A stretch of 64,000 nucleotides of DNA from the human T2T-CHM13v2.0 reference genome, Homo sapiens: the NCBI RefSeq assembly GCF_009914755.1, contig NC_060932.1. One strand, 5' to 3'. Below, one piece after another: positions 1 through 14,696 of the stretch. Both the position numbers and the translations under genes were made by a program. Below the pieces are notes generated by a model that was given only the letters and a program-made list of their open reading frames with translations, did no database searches and was not told the origin of the DNA. The first letter of the stretch is position 1, and each line of letters starts with the position of its first letter.

Positions 1-804
1 GAATAATTCTTGTTCTAATTGTGACTTTGTGTTTCTGAAAACCAAGATGTTAAATCCATAACAATTAAACTGGTTCAAGAAAGTTTAGATATATAGGAAA
101 GGCTACATGTATATTTTAGGACAATAGAGTAGACTTCTCCAAAACATGCCTTTCTTATAACAATTTCTTAGTTATCTGAAAGACAATACAATTGTTTTCA
201 TCCAATAATTTTGAAAACACTGGGAATATTTTTTCTAACATATATGCATGTTAAAATATCTTGACTCGTTATTTTGGATGTTTTTTGGCTACTCTATCTC
301 ATGCCTTTGTATTTAAAATGTATGAGTTACTTGTGTTTCAATAGAATATTAGTTGTCTTTCTTTTGTTTCTTTGTACTTCATGGAGATAATTATCATAAC
401 ACAAGTAGAAATTTTTAAGATTTTATATTTTTCCAAGTTTTGGTTTAGTCTTTTTTGTTTTGCAAACCACAAGCATTTTACTCTCTTTCACTACATATGC
501 TATAATTATCAGATAATTAAAATATGTAGTAAATACAGTAAAGGAAAGCAAAGCAAGGCAAAGATCTGCTAGAAATTTACTACTTTAAAAAAAGAGATCA
601 AGATCACTATTTCTATATTGTGTGAGATTAATGATTCATTCAAGCCTGTGTCTTGTCTCTAAAGGAAGTATGTGGGATCTTTTGAAAAGAAGAGGGCATT
701 TTGATGCTAATGTCAAAGTTACAATATTTCTGAAGTTACTCATTAAGTTACTATTTAAACACTCTAAACCATTTCCCAGTTATGTATTTCTTTTGATTCT
801 GCAG

Positions 805-824
805 GTGAAGTATTTGGGTATATG
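805..824 (+). other. candidate 20-nt microexon (host gene unidentified)
   Basis: Pyrimidine tract and acceptor tatttcttttgattctgcag|GTGAAGTATTTGGGTATATG|gtattg. The donor is only moderate. Lies in repeat-free sequence. Confidence 0.3.
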
Positions 825-1099
825 GTATTGTAGAAACAAACAAACTCACTTTATCTGCATTTACAGAATTCTTCATGAAAACTTTGGTTAATCTTTTCCT
901 ACCAATCTCAGTTTTATAGCTTCCTGTTATCATTCAAAGTGAAAACTCTTACTTTTTTTTTCTGTTTTCTCCATCTTAAAATTCTGTTGCCTTTTCCTGA
1001 ATATTGCTTTGCTTGACTACTAGAATAAATAACGCAAATAATAAATACATCATTATATATTATAGTATTAGTTAAAATTTTTAAAAATGGAATTTTAAA

Positions 1100-2260
1100 A
1101 GAGGTCAGTTAGGGGACCTAATATACATTTGGGGATAAGGAACATCACTTCGATTAAATGATATTTAAGTGCAATTTCTCCGAGACCAAGAAAATAGGTA
1201 GAAATTAGATGGATGTAGAGTATAGAGGAATCATTTTTTAGGTAAAGAAAATGCATATGCCAAAATCCTGAGCTCAGAACATACTTGATGAATTAAGAGA
1301 TTGAAATGGTGCCAGCATTTTTAGAATGCAGTGAGAAAACTGTGAGCGGGACATGAGATGACATTGGTAGTTATTGGAAGATGACGTTGGTAGTTATTGG
1401 AAGCTGACAAATATTTTGGTCCTTACTCAAAGGTCAATTAGAAGTATGAGTGGTTTAAACTTGGGTATTGATAAGGAAGGGGGTGAAGCCATATTTTGGA
1501 GGAAAAGTCTCCAGGACACGTGAAGATAGGAGCTAATTCATGAATGATTCCAAGTTTCTGGCTTGATGCTTTTTTGTTGAAATAAGAGAAACTGAGTGAA
1601 CTGCAGATGTCTAGGTAAGGAGAGATGATTAATCTATTATTAAGTCATTATTAAGTTTGATTTACCTATGTGACTGTTTAATGCTGAGTGAAAAATATCA
1701 AATGGACAGTTTGAGAATGGATGCAAAAAAGATACCTCACTGAAGTTGTAAGTTATCAGCCATTGGTATAAAGATAATATTTAACATTTGAGTAATAGAT
1801 TGGATGAAATCATCATTTTAGGAGTCAGTGTAGATAGAAACCGTAACAGAATCCAGAATCTAAACCTGAGGACTCTAATATGTAGCAGTCAGGGATAAAT
1901 GGAGTTGACAATTTTAAAAAGGCAGAAAATGTGGCCAGGGAACTAAATGTGGCAGGAACTTGAGATAATATGAAAGGTAAAAATAATAATAGTAAATTAT
2001 TTTGAATGCTGCTAAAAATGTACTTTAATACAACTTACATTACTTTAAATACAATTTAATACAATGAAGATTTTAAGATGCCATACAAGATTTTGCATCA
2101 TTAAAGTGCTTAATGCCTTCAGCAAAATTAGTTTCACTGGAGGATGGTGACAAGCTGCAGATTGGCCTGAGAAGTGAAATATTGAGGAAAGAAGATTGGC
2201 TTTTGTAGATATGTTGGTTAGACAACAAAAATGTTTCTTATGAAGGGCCTCCAGGATACG
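1100..2260 (-). mobile_element. L2 LINE fragments (ancient)
   Basis: Degenerate purine-rich sequence resembling antisense L2 (e.g. gaatgattccaagtttctggcttg, gatatcaaatggacagttt-like motifs). Boundaries approximate. Confidence 0.55.
1357..1402. repeat. 23-bp tandem duplication
   Basis: gatgacattggtagttattggaa followed by gatgacgttggtagttattggaa. Confidence 0.9.
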
Positions 2261-2751
2261 AGATGTAAGAAAGCATCCTAGAAGCAGGATCCAGAGTGAA
2301 TGTAGAATAATCAATAATGTACTGTAGGATATGTGCTAGAATTATATATGCATTGTCAAGATGAAATAGTGAAGTGAAAGAATAAAAATATGCATATTTT
2401 CAGAAGACAGTTAACCCCCTGAACATATATATTATCTGCAATCATTAGAAATTGAATTTTAAAAGTGGTTGAAGTACATAGTTTTCATCAAAAATATTTA
2501 CTTTTTCAGAGTCCTTATTAAAATTCTTAAAAATAATTTTCAGGCAAACATAAGGTCTATTTAATGAACTATAAGATCTTCCTTTAGATGCCCTTTTCTC
2601 AAAAATCTATCCAAATGCTTTCTTAACCACTTTCCAGCTAATTAAAGGAAGTGGCAGTGTCGTAAGGTGTTGCCCTTTCCTCAATAAATACTAAGTAAGA
2701 GGAATTCATACATGAATATTTCTTTGTCAGTCAATTATTACACCAATATAG

Positions 2752-3225
<474 letters not shown>

Positions 3226-4104
3226 TGAAGAAAATAATAAATAGGCAGCTATGAGAAAGTGTAAATTTTAAAATGGGAGGTAGAGTTGAGGTGAAATAAA
3301 AGTGGTTCTATGAACTAAACATTTCTTAGAGGAGGTTTGCTAGAAATAAATTTACCTAGTTTTTGTTGTATTCTGAGAAAGTTTTGTTTTTTCTTTATTG
3401 TGAACGATATTTTTACTGGATATGTCTTCTGGGTTAGCAGGTCTTCTTTCAGCACTTTAAAGATGTTACTGCAATTTCTTCAGGGCCTACATCATTTCTG
3501 ATGAAAAATTGTCGTAATTATTATGTTTTTCCTCTGTATATAATACATCTTTTTTTCTCTTGCTTCCTTCAAGATTTCTTTTTTTGTTTTTCATTTTAAG
3601 AAGTTTGAATATGACATGCCTGCATGTGTGGTTACTTATTTATTTTGGATATTATCTTTGGTGATCTCTGAATTTCTGTGGGTTAGTGTCTATCATTAAC
3701 TTATGGAAGCTACAGGCCATTATTTTTTCCAGTATTTCTCCTTATTCTACTTCATTTCATCTGGGATTTCAATTACATATATAATAGATCATTATTCAGC
3801 TCTTGGGTGCTTTGTTCTAACTTTTTTCACTCTTTTTTTTTTCCCTTTGTGTTTTAGTTGGAGTAACCTGTTGGCCTGAGTTCAATTTTAATGATTTTTT
3901 TCCCTCAATTGTGTTGTGTGTACTGTACTGAAAAGGGCATTTTTAATCTGTTTTGTGTTTTTTTATTTCTAAAATTTTGATTTGGTCTTTTTTTATAGTT
4001 TACATATCTGTGTTGAAGTTACCTGTGTAAATTTGCATTGTAACTTTTCCTTATTTAAATTACCTGTGTAATTTTGCATTGTAACATCACTATCTTTTAA
4101 TAAT

Positions 4105-4495
4105 CATAATAAAATAATGATTATTATGTAAAGGAGATGTATATGTATAAAGATATAGATACACATTCATATATGTAGGGATATATATGATAGGAATCAT
4201 ATATATCCCTATATTATAAGGATATATATCTTTATACTATATATATGTATAAAAGATAGGGATCATATCCATACCTGTATATAAGGGTATATAGAGAGTA
4301 TAAATATATATAGTATAAATATATATAAATATATGAATGTATATCTATATCTTTCTACATATATATTTCCTTCACATAGTAATCATAATTATTTCATTAT
4401 ATTTATTTATATAGTATATATAAGCATATACTATAAACACAATTATTTATATATTTACGCATACATGTATATCTCCTTTAACATAATAATCATTG
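4105..4495. repeat. compound AT-rich inverted/direct repeat cluster
   Basis: 55-bp inverted arms at 4117-4171 and 4332-4386; perfect 16-bp stem at 4176-4191/4196-4211; third related copy at 4461-4494. Confidence 0.9.
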
Positions 4496-5286
4496 TTACT
4501 TTAAATTATCTTTCAGTTGTGAGTTCTATGTCATATCTGATTATGGTTGTGATTATTTCTTTGTCTCTTGAGCATATGTTTCTTCTTGCTTTTTTGGTAT
4601 GACTCAATTTTGTTAAAGTCTGCTGTACTCTTTGTGTAGGACAACAGAGACTGCAGTAAGTGATTTTTATGCCTGGAAGTAAATACACCTTGTAGATCAT
4701 ATAGGCCTTTAGTTCGAGACTTTGAGCTAATCTAGTTGGGATGTGGGTTTGGGTTGAAGTTTGCTGTTGCTATAGTTACCATCAGTGTACCATGACCTTC
4801 ACATCTCCGTAGTAATAAAATGTATTTTAGGTGGGGCTGGTGTAGGAATACCTTGTAATTAAGTTGGAACAATGTCTGTTCCACCTACAACATTAGGTTG
4901 CTCCTTTCCTCTGTACTTCAGAGAAAAAATTCTTTGCATGAGTTGTTCCTCGGCTAGTCCTCTACCAGAAGAATCCATTGTTAGGTTTTACTCAAGAATT
5001 GCCAGCTTGGCAGTGGTGGGCAGCAGGTGGGAGGTTTCTCTGTTGTTCACATTAAGCCTTAGTCTTAGGCATTCCATTCCATTCTCCTATCATTCCCTGA
5101 CTGTAGATCTGGATGTTGTCTGTCTTTCTGCTCCTCCTTTCTGCTTTAAAATTTATTTTTCCTCTTTCATTTTTCTCAGCTGCAGTGAATCTTAATTAGT
5201 GTCTTAAGATGACAGTGTTTATGCCTCTCTCCCCTTCCCCCAAAATTAAGATGTTTTTACCATGGTAGAATTAGGGGAAAAAGGTC

Positions 5287-5634
5287 TGTATTCATTCCTT
5301 CTCAAGCTGTTATAAAGAACTGCTTGAGACTGTGTAATTTATAAAGAAAAGAGATTTAATGGACTCAGTTCTGCATTCCTGGGGAAGCCTCAGGAAACTT
5401 ACAATCATAGCAGAAGGTGAAGGAGAAGCAAAGGCATGTAGAGAGTGTGTGTCAGCACAGGAAAAACTACCATTTATAAAACCATCAGATCTTGTGACAA
5501 TTCACTATCATGAGAACAGCATGGGAGAAACCACTGCCATAATCCAATCACCTCCTGCCAGGTCTCTTTGTAAACACCTGGGGATTACAATTCAAGATGA
5601 TATTTGGGTGCGGACACAAAGTCTAACCATATCA
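5287..5634 (-). mobile_element. MaLR solo LTR (THE1D/MSTA-type)
   Basis: tgta...aaccatatca termini and the ggaagcctcaggaaacttacaatcat and catgagaacagcatggg motifs. Confidence 0.9.
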
Positions 5635-6485
5635 GGATCCATGCAAGTTGTGTGCTTCATCCATAGCAGCTGCTATTTCTCTCCTCAGGTCTCCTCCAGA
5701 ACGTTCACTTTCTTAGTGCTCCCTCTCTCCTTTTGTATGACTGACCAAGGTGGGTTCTGAGGGAAAAAAAATGCAAGAGTGTGTGGGCTTCCTCTGTTTA
5801 TTCATAATATTCTGTCAGCCCACACTTGACCTTCACCAATTTGTCAACCCTTGAAGCTAAACTCTTTACTCGTGTCTAGCTGCATCTATTTCAGAAAAGC
5901 AAATGCTCATGTCTTCTGTCTCCCTGAAGGTACAAGTCATTCCACTAATTTTTGCACGTTTATTGGTCTGTGCCTTCAGTTCTTCACTGGGCTTGAAAAA
6001 TAATTAATTTTCAGATTGTTTGGCTATTTTTTATTGTAAGGGTGGGAGCTATAATCTTGCTACTCTTTACAGCTGTTCTACATCCTAGAAATTGATCAAG
6101 TCACCTCCTTTCCATCCTGGAGACATTCATCCAGTAATGAAAGAGAATGAATTACTGGTCTCTTGTTCAGTTCCTTCTTTCTTAATATGTTTGTCATAAG
6201 TTTGCGTGTATATCTTTATTTGTTTTTGAATTGATTTATATTTTGCATTTTTAACAAGAAACGTGTATATGTATATATGTAACTGCTTTTGTCTAAGTTT
6301 TACTTCTAGGTACTCCTAAATATATGCATGACATATATATTGTATATCTTATAGTATTTCACAAAGCTTCAATATCAGGCTACTTTCTGAAAAAGCAGTG
6401 AACTAAACAATAAGAAGTCAGAGAATAAACAATGGATTGCTTAATAATGAGTGAATATTCAGATGGAGTTTTTTTCTTTCCTCAG

Positions 6486-6496
6486 GTTCCCATATG
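6486..6496 (+). other. candidate 11-nt microexon (host gene unidentified)
   Basis: Strong acceptor tttttttctttcctcag and consensus donor ATG|gtaagt flank GTTCCCATATG. Unique sequence. Confidence 0.45.
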
Positions 6497-7689
6497 GTAA
6501 GTTCCATAAGAGATTTTTAAGAGCTCTCTTCCACTAAAAAATAATGTAGATTTCTGTGTTCTATTGCTGTATTTATTCGTATTTATTCTTGCCATATATA
6601 TTTTTTAAAGATATATATGTGTGTAAGTAGAAAATATAACTCTCCTTCCAGTTTTGGAGTATTTTTAGTTTTATCATTTTATAAGCATTACTCTTCCAAT
6701 ATAAGGAATATCTGCAAAATACTATGACTGATTATTGAAACGAAAATGTCTTCTTCCTTGACATATTAATGATACCAAAAAGCTACTTCATTAGAAGAAA
6801 ATATATCCTCACTAATATTTATTCTATACATATTAATGCTCTGTTGGAATGCTTTGTTCTCTTTTTGGACTACTTAGGCATTTCATTAATGTGATAATTC
6901 ACTTCATAGAGCTTGGGGTTGAGATGTATTTTAATTATGCCTTATGCTTCAGGATGAACGGAGTTATTACAGATATTATTAATTTCTAACTTTTATCACA
7001 ATTGTTCCAGTTGGAAGGCTTTACATGAGAAAAGGATGCAGAAAAAACATAAATAGTGATAATAAGAATGTACCCATAAAATCTTTGTTGCATTAAACCT
7101 TTTTAATTTTAACTGATTTAGGTGTTGGACTTCTGCCATTTTGCTTGGGACGATAACTTAAAGCAAAATACTTTTTTTATATTATCAGCAAATATAAAAA
7201 ATATGGTCCACATGTTATATAATTTCAAATTATCTTCTTGGCCAGTCAACAATCCTGAAACAAATCTTCCTTAAAAAAATTTCTAACACATTTTAATATG
7301 TAAGCATTTTAGGTGCCTTGTCTTTAAACAGACAGCATTTTAAATTATAATTAGTATACATTATTATACTTTATTGTTATGAATAATTTTGTTGCCCTAT
7401 AGCAGTTTTTAATCTTCAGATTTCTTCTAGTTATCTGTTTATCATAATAAAGAACCAACTGAATGCTGAATTGTATCTGATGACATATGGAAAATACACA
7501 TGATACAACTTCTTGTTCTTTTGATAATAATGTTTTGATTTTTTCTCAACACCATTTCTCTTTATTTTGGTCTCAAATTCATTCTTCTTTATTGTTTCTT
7601 TCTGCTGTGTTCATTTATGTTATTATCTTTAATTCATATATTTAAAAGTTTTACCTATTTTGTAAAGAGTTAATATTATAAAGTGCCCA

Positions 7690-9030
7690 TTATTCTCTGA
7701 TAGATCTATAGATGCAATGCAATCTCAATTAATACTGGACCATTTTTATGTGCATGCATGAAAACTGAAAGCTGATTTTTAAATTTTGTATGGACCAAAG
7801 ACTTTTAGACTAAGTATAATAAAAACTCTTAAAGAGCAAAAACAAGGTATCAAAATATTTTGTAACACCACGGTAAAATATACACAATATTGTAGCATTC
7901 CCATTACTAACTAGTGGAATAAACTAGAGAATACGGAAGCATACTGACAAAGACAATGCAGCAGAATATCAGTAGAAAAAATTTAATTTGTTCTTTTCAA
8001 GACATAATGTTGGGTTGGTCGACTATCTATTTAGATAAGAAACAAATCTTGACTTTTATCTCACTCAAAATATCATTAAAGGTGAATTGTATATCTAGAC
8101 ATGAAATGTAAAACAACAAGTCTAGATGATAGGTGAATATATTCATGATACTGGAAGTTTGCAAAGATTTCTCAAACAGGCTATTAAAAGCATTATCCAT
8201 AGAATAAAAGTTTAATAAACTAGACTATATTGAAATTGATAATTTCTGTTTACCAAGTCATAGAGTAAAATAAAGTACTTTTACTACATATAAGTGACAA
8301 AGAACTTGTGTCAGAAATATCTAAAAAAATATCTAAAAATCAATAAAACAGCAACAGGAGCTTCACAAGGGAGACCAGCACACTTCCAATAAACATATAA
8401 AACCTTTGCCATCAAGCAAAATATCTAAAACTTAAAAGACTGACACTACAGACTTTGGGCAAGACTGTAAATCAAGTGGAAGCCTAGTTTACTGCTGGTA
8501 AATTGGTACAACCACTTTTGAAAACTATCTGACAGTGTTTACTAAAGTTGAACAACTTGCCTTATCACCTAACAATTACACTCTTAGGTATTTTCCAAAG
8601 AGAAATGAATGCACCAAAATATACACATATATATGTGCTTATGTGCACACCCACACACAAATATACATGCATTTGTGTATGTATATATTTCATATGTATA
8701 TATATGAAAATTATTGAATGACTACTATTCATAATAACATGAAGGAATCTCACTAATATGATTTTAAATAAAAGAAGACAGAAACAAGAGTTTACACAGA
8801 AGGTAAGTTCATTTATATAAAATTTAACAGAAAAGTAACCTGTAGTTGTCTAAATTATGTTGGAGGGGATACTTGGAACAGGGAATCATACCTAGGAAGT
8901 TATGTAAAGTACAATTCTGGGATGCAAAAATATTTGATTTCTTGCTATGGTTGATGGTTGCATGTATGAATTCACTATGTAAAAATACATCAATGACTTC
9001 ATTACTTACAATTTCAGCACTTTGTGCATG
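7690..9030 (+). mobile_element. old L1ME-type 3' portion (ORF2 end and 3' UTR)
   Basis: tagatctatagatgcaatgcaatctc..., gtaaattggtacaaccacttttggaaaa, ctcttaggtattttccaaagagaaatgaa. Confidence 0.7.
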
Positions 9031-9099
9031 ACAGTATGCTGAGAAGTTTAAGCACTACACAAGTAATTTTCATTTTTAAAAATATAATTTAAAAAATTA

Positions 9100-9548
<449 letters not shown>

Positions 9549-9649
9549 TTAGATATTTTCCCTGCTCTAAGATAAAGATTTAGCTGATATGATGTGTAAA
9601 AGTAAGACTAGACTAAAGTAAAAGATAATTAAAAATTTAAGCAAATCTT

Positions 9650-10530
9650 GATGGATATGAAAGGGAGGAAGATTCTAACTGCAGCTAGGAATCAAGAATT
9701 CTGGAGGAAATGGCATATGCCATAGCTCTTGAGAACCAGTAAGATACAGAAAGGTGGTATTATATGGGAGAGTTTCTACCTATGGAAGTAGGAAAGTGTA
9801 GGGCAAATATGGGTAAGTAACAAATCAGAGATTACTGGACTGAAAGTGCTTAGAAGGAAAAAATGGTAGAAAATGATGGAAAGGTAGGTTGGGTTCAGGA
9901 GTTATGGTTTAGTGTTAAATACCATTCCAAGTAATTTGGACCCTTTTTCTGTCAACATCAAGGCCTGTGAAAGGATTTGTGGGGGAAATTGACATTTGAT
10001 CTATGTTTTGAGAATGTAATTGGAGGAAATGTGAAGGGAGGATTAAACTGGAGAAAATAATATTAGTTTAAAGCACGTTTGAGAGCACCCAGTCCTACTA
10101 TGTAATGCGTGATTAAAGAGACTCATACCAGTTGATAGCACAGCAAATTACAGAAACCAGGTTTCTAAATTTTTAGCTAAAGATTATTCTCTGAAACAAG
10201 AATTAAAGAGAACAGGTAGCCAGAACAGGTTATCTGTTGACTAGTCTAGGTGAGAAGAGATGATGGCATAAACTAGGGTAGAGGGAATATGAGCAAGTTG
10301 ACATTTGATAGGGACATTGAAAAGTTGTGACTGACAGGATTTAGTAACTAATTAAATGTGGAACAAAAAAGAGAATATTTTTGGATTCTGACTTGAGTGA
10401 CTGGAAGAAAAAGTTTTTACTGAGCGAAGAGGAGAATGAGCAGGTCTGGGTGGGAAGAAGGGAAGAGGTTTAATTTATTTCTGAATATAAATCACCAGTT
10501 TTAGTCAGAAGCCAGCAATAAGTTCAGAAG
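9650..10530 (-). mobile_element. L2 fragments
   Basis: Purine-rich antisense L2-like stretches (gtctaggtgagaagagatgatggc, gactgacaggatttagtaactaattaaatgtg). Confidence 0.55.
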
Positions 10531-10864
10531 CTCAAGACTCCTGTATATGGCTGCGATGTCAAAATGACTGACTGGTTCAGCCATTTTAGTGATTTGCTCA
10601 AGCCAATTGCTAGGAATTGCATTGTTTGAACAACCAGACAAATACATGCATTTTTAAATTTTTACTTGATTATTTTAACATTTTAGAGACAAATCAGGAA
10701 TTTCCCCCCATCAATGTGCTTCTGATGTTTGTTTCTTTACACTTTATTTTGGAGTTTATCTGAACTAACTGTGCTGGGAGGGGGAAAACAGGTGCCTTGT
10801 TCAGCTGCAGCTAAATTTTTCCCAGTAAAATAGTTTGAAAAAAATCACCATTAAGAATTATCTA

Positions 10865-11167
<303 letters not shown>

Positions 11168-11189
11168 CCGAAATTCTCTGTCTATAATG

Positions 11190-11400
11190 ATTCATTTATT
11201 TGAAAATAGTAATTGAGTTCTTAATATGAGCCAGGCACTGGGCTATGTATGCCTGAGCATACAAAGATGAGTAAAAACAGATTCATACTTTGCACTCATA
11301 GACCTAACTGATTAGTAGAGAGGATAGGTATCAATCAATTCAAAACCAAGTATAATTGTTTAATCACAAATGCTGGTAAGTGCTCTGAAGGAAGTTATAC
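11190..11400 (-). mobile_element. L2 3' end
   Basis: ttcatttatt...attgagttcttaatatgagccaggcactgggct, the typical antisense L2 tail. Confidence 0.65.
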
Positions 11401-11436
11401 TGTCTTCCATCTATAATCAATATATAAAAAATAATG

Positions 11437-11739
<303 letters not shown>

Positions 11740-12154
11740 TTAAATATATTTTTTGAAAGAATGTAAATAGTGTCACATTAAGAATCAAAACTAAGTGTTG
11801 ATTCAGATCAGTTAAGTTTGTCATTAAATATTGTTCTAATATAATTAGCTAGAAGCTAAATATATGGGTCATAGCATACTAGGAAAATTAGTATAAGATT
11901 TTTTTTTTTTTGCTTTGGATGAACTTTTGAATCTCAAGATATTTAATTCATTTACATTTGTTTTGTATGTGAAGTAAAAATCTTGGCCAATTTAATTAAT
12001 TCTAATGATACTTGAAAAACACCACTTTCTAAACTTTACTAGATATATTTGGTTTCTTTAATCAATACTATTTTATTGTCATAGAATTTTAGTAACATAG
12101 AAAGAATATCTGTTTATTCTAATAGAAAATTTTAAAAATAACATATAATATTTT

Positions 12155-12515
12155 TGTCTTGGTGTGTTCATGCTGCTACAACAAAATATAAAAGACTAGG
12201 TCATTTATAAGCAATAGAAATTTATTTCTTACAGTTCTAGAAACTAGGATGTTCAATATCAAGATGCCAGCAGGTTCAGTGTCTGAAAAAGGCCCAATCT
12301 CCACTTCCAAGATAGTGTCTTGAACACTGCTTCTCGGAAGGGAAAGAACCCTCACACATGGAGGAAGAGGTTGAAGGGCAAAAGAAGGCTAGCTAGTTTC
12401 CTCAAGCTCTTTTTAAAGATCACTTAATAACCTCTTTAAGGCCCCACTCTTAATATGATCACATTGGTGATTAAGTTTCAGCACATGAATTTTGGAGGAC
12501 ATTCAGATCATGGTA
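12155..12515 (-). mobile_element. MaLR solo LTR (MLT1A/MSTD-type)
   Basis: tgtctt...gctgctacaacaaaata...aatttatttcttacagttctag...atcaagatgccagcagg...catgaattttggagg. Confidence 0.8.
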
Positions 12516-12829
12516 CTCCCTAACCCAAAACAAAATATTTTGTATTAAATTCTGGATACTTTGGATTATTGGAAGTCGTAAAAGCTTGGTGTCCTATCTC
12601 TGGGCTGATTACTCATCTCCTTTGCTGGTTTTCTCTTTTGCTAACCTCTACTTAAATCTGGTATCCTTGAGAGTTTAACCTCAGCTTACTGTGCTGTACA
12701 CCTTATGTAACATCATTCATTTCTGTGGGGTAATTATCACCAGTAATATAACTCTGTCTTCATTTCCAGAACATGGAAATTTGCTGATTAGATATCTTTA
12801 GCCAAATGTCTCCTGGGCATCTAATGATG

Positions 12830-13024
12830 AAGAGCCTAAGCTCTGAATAAGGTGTAATGCCTTGCTTCAGGAATTACTAGTTACGTGTCCTTTAAAGATA
12901 TTACTTAACTGCACTGTTTCTTGCTTCTTTTTTATCTTAAAAATGATAGAATAATAATATATATGGCATAGAGTTGTTTTGAGGCTTAAATGAGGTACTA
13001 TACAAAAAGTGCTTAAGAACACAG
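12830..13024 (+). mobile_element. MIR
   Basis: ttacttaact...aaaatgatagaataataat...catagagttgttttgagg...aaagtgcttaagaacacag core. Confidence 0.75.
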
Positions 13025-14696
13025 CAGTGCTGGGGCTAAGGCACAAGCAAGGTGCTGGCTACTTCAGGTTTGGGGAGAATAAGCTGGTGCCACTGAAATC
13101 AGCCCTGCCCTACCCAGTGGCAGGGCCACTGCCATCCTCCACCTGAGCCTGAGCTTTCTGCCAGGTGTCTGGAAATCACACCTCCCTTGCCTAACAAAAC
13201 TGGAACCTGCATACACCATCAGGGTGCTTTAAAGGCAAGCCTCCCCAGCCTGGCTTTGTCTTCACCATGCCAAAGCACATAGTCTAGAACCTGGAGATTG
13301 CCCAGGTAGCCCACTACAACTGGCATGTGAGCACTCCTGGGATCCTGAGGTTGAGCCTAACCACTCTGCTGCTACTACCACAGCTGGCACCTATGTGCAC
13401 ATGCCACCTATTGGCCTGGAGACTGGCCTGTCCAGTCCATTGCAGCCACTGTAAACACCAGCACATACTGCTTGAGATCCAGAGACTCATCCTGCCACTG
13501 CAACTGCCATCACCTCTGCCACACTGCTTACCCAGGGGCCCAAGAACCCACCCACCCACCCAGTGTACCATCACTGCTACTGGCAAATAAGAAAGCACCA
13601 AGAATTGGTCCACTTAGATCAGCTGTCACTGGGCTCAGCATACATCACCCTGGGGCCTAAGAACAGGCACCTCAGACCATCACTGCTACCACTAGGGCCT
13701 GAAGACTAGTCCAGCTGGTACCTTAGTTCTCAGGAAAATGTCACCACATCCTCCACTAAAAACCACATCCTAACCCACTTAGGAAAGCACAGATACCACT
13801 GATGCTATTTATAGCTCAATAAATCATATAATGACTACACTATTGCACACACCCGGAATCAAAGCCAAAGTGCCCTACCCAACCAACACCATAGATACAT
13901 CTTCAGGGAAACGTCCTCCCTTACAAAAACAAATTAAAAGAACAGGAAGAAGCACATGTTATACAAGATATGCAAAAAACAATGTAAGGATGCAGGAAAT
14001 ATGAAAAAGCAAGGAAACATGACATTTCCGAAGGACAACAATAATTCTCTAACAACAATTCCAGTAAAAGACAGATTTATGAAAGCCCAGAAAAAGAATT
14101 CAAAATGTTGATTTGAAAGAATCTCAAGTGAGATACAAGAGACTACTGGTAAGCAGTATGAACAATTTAGAAAAAACAATATAGGATATGAGTGAGAAAT
14201 TTACCAAAAATATAAAGATCATTAAAACAAACAAACAACCAAACAAATTCTGGAACTGAAAAATTTATTGAATGAAATGCAAAATACATTTGAAAGCTTC
14301 ATCAATAAACTAGATCAAGCAGAATAAATCTCAAAACTTGAAGACAGGTCTTTAGAAATAACCCAATCAGACAAAACTTAAAAAATCAGAATAAATAACA
14401 GTGTTCAAAACCTACATGACATATGGGGACACCATAAAATTACCAAATATTTAAAATTTTGAAGTCTCAGAAGGCAAAGATAAAACAAAAGGGTTAGATA
14501 ACCTATTTAACAAAATAGTAAATGAAACTTTCAAAGTCTAACAAAAGATTTAGACATCAATATATGAGGCTCAAAATCCCCAGATATAATGCAAAAAGAT
14601 CTTCTCCACAGTACCTTGTAATCAAAATGTCAAAAGTGAAAGACAAATATATAATTCTAAAAATAGCAAGAGAAAAATGTCTAGTCACCTGTAAAT
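13025..14696 (+). mobile_element. L1MA-type 5' UTR and ORF1 relic
   Basis: C-rich ccactgc-repeat 5' UTR, then degraded ORF1 (aaattctggaactgaaaaat, ctagatcaagcagaa, tagcaagagaaaaatgtctagtcacc). Confidence 0.85.

Larger units (their letters stand above)
3400..6095 (-). mobile_element. old L1M (ORF1/5' region), interrupted by an AT-rich insert and a MaLR LTR
   Basis: Antisense L1 ORF1-type sequence (ttcagcactttaaagatgtt..., gcttccttcaagatttc). Resembles the L1 at 50.8-52.4 kb. Confidence 0.7.

Noticed and set aside
850-923. Possible minus-strand 74-nt exon (ORF 751-933, GSYKTEIGRKRLTKVFMKNSVNADK) with donor gtgagt
   Set aside because: The acceptor has a poor pyrimidine tract, the peptide is unrecognised, and no partner minus-strand exons were found.
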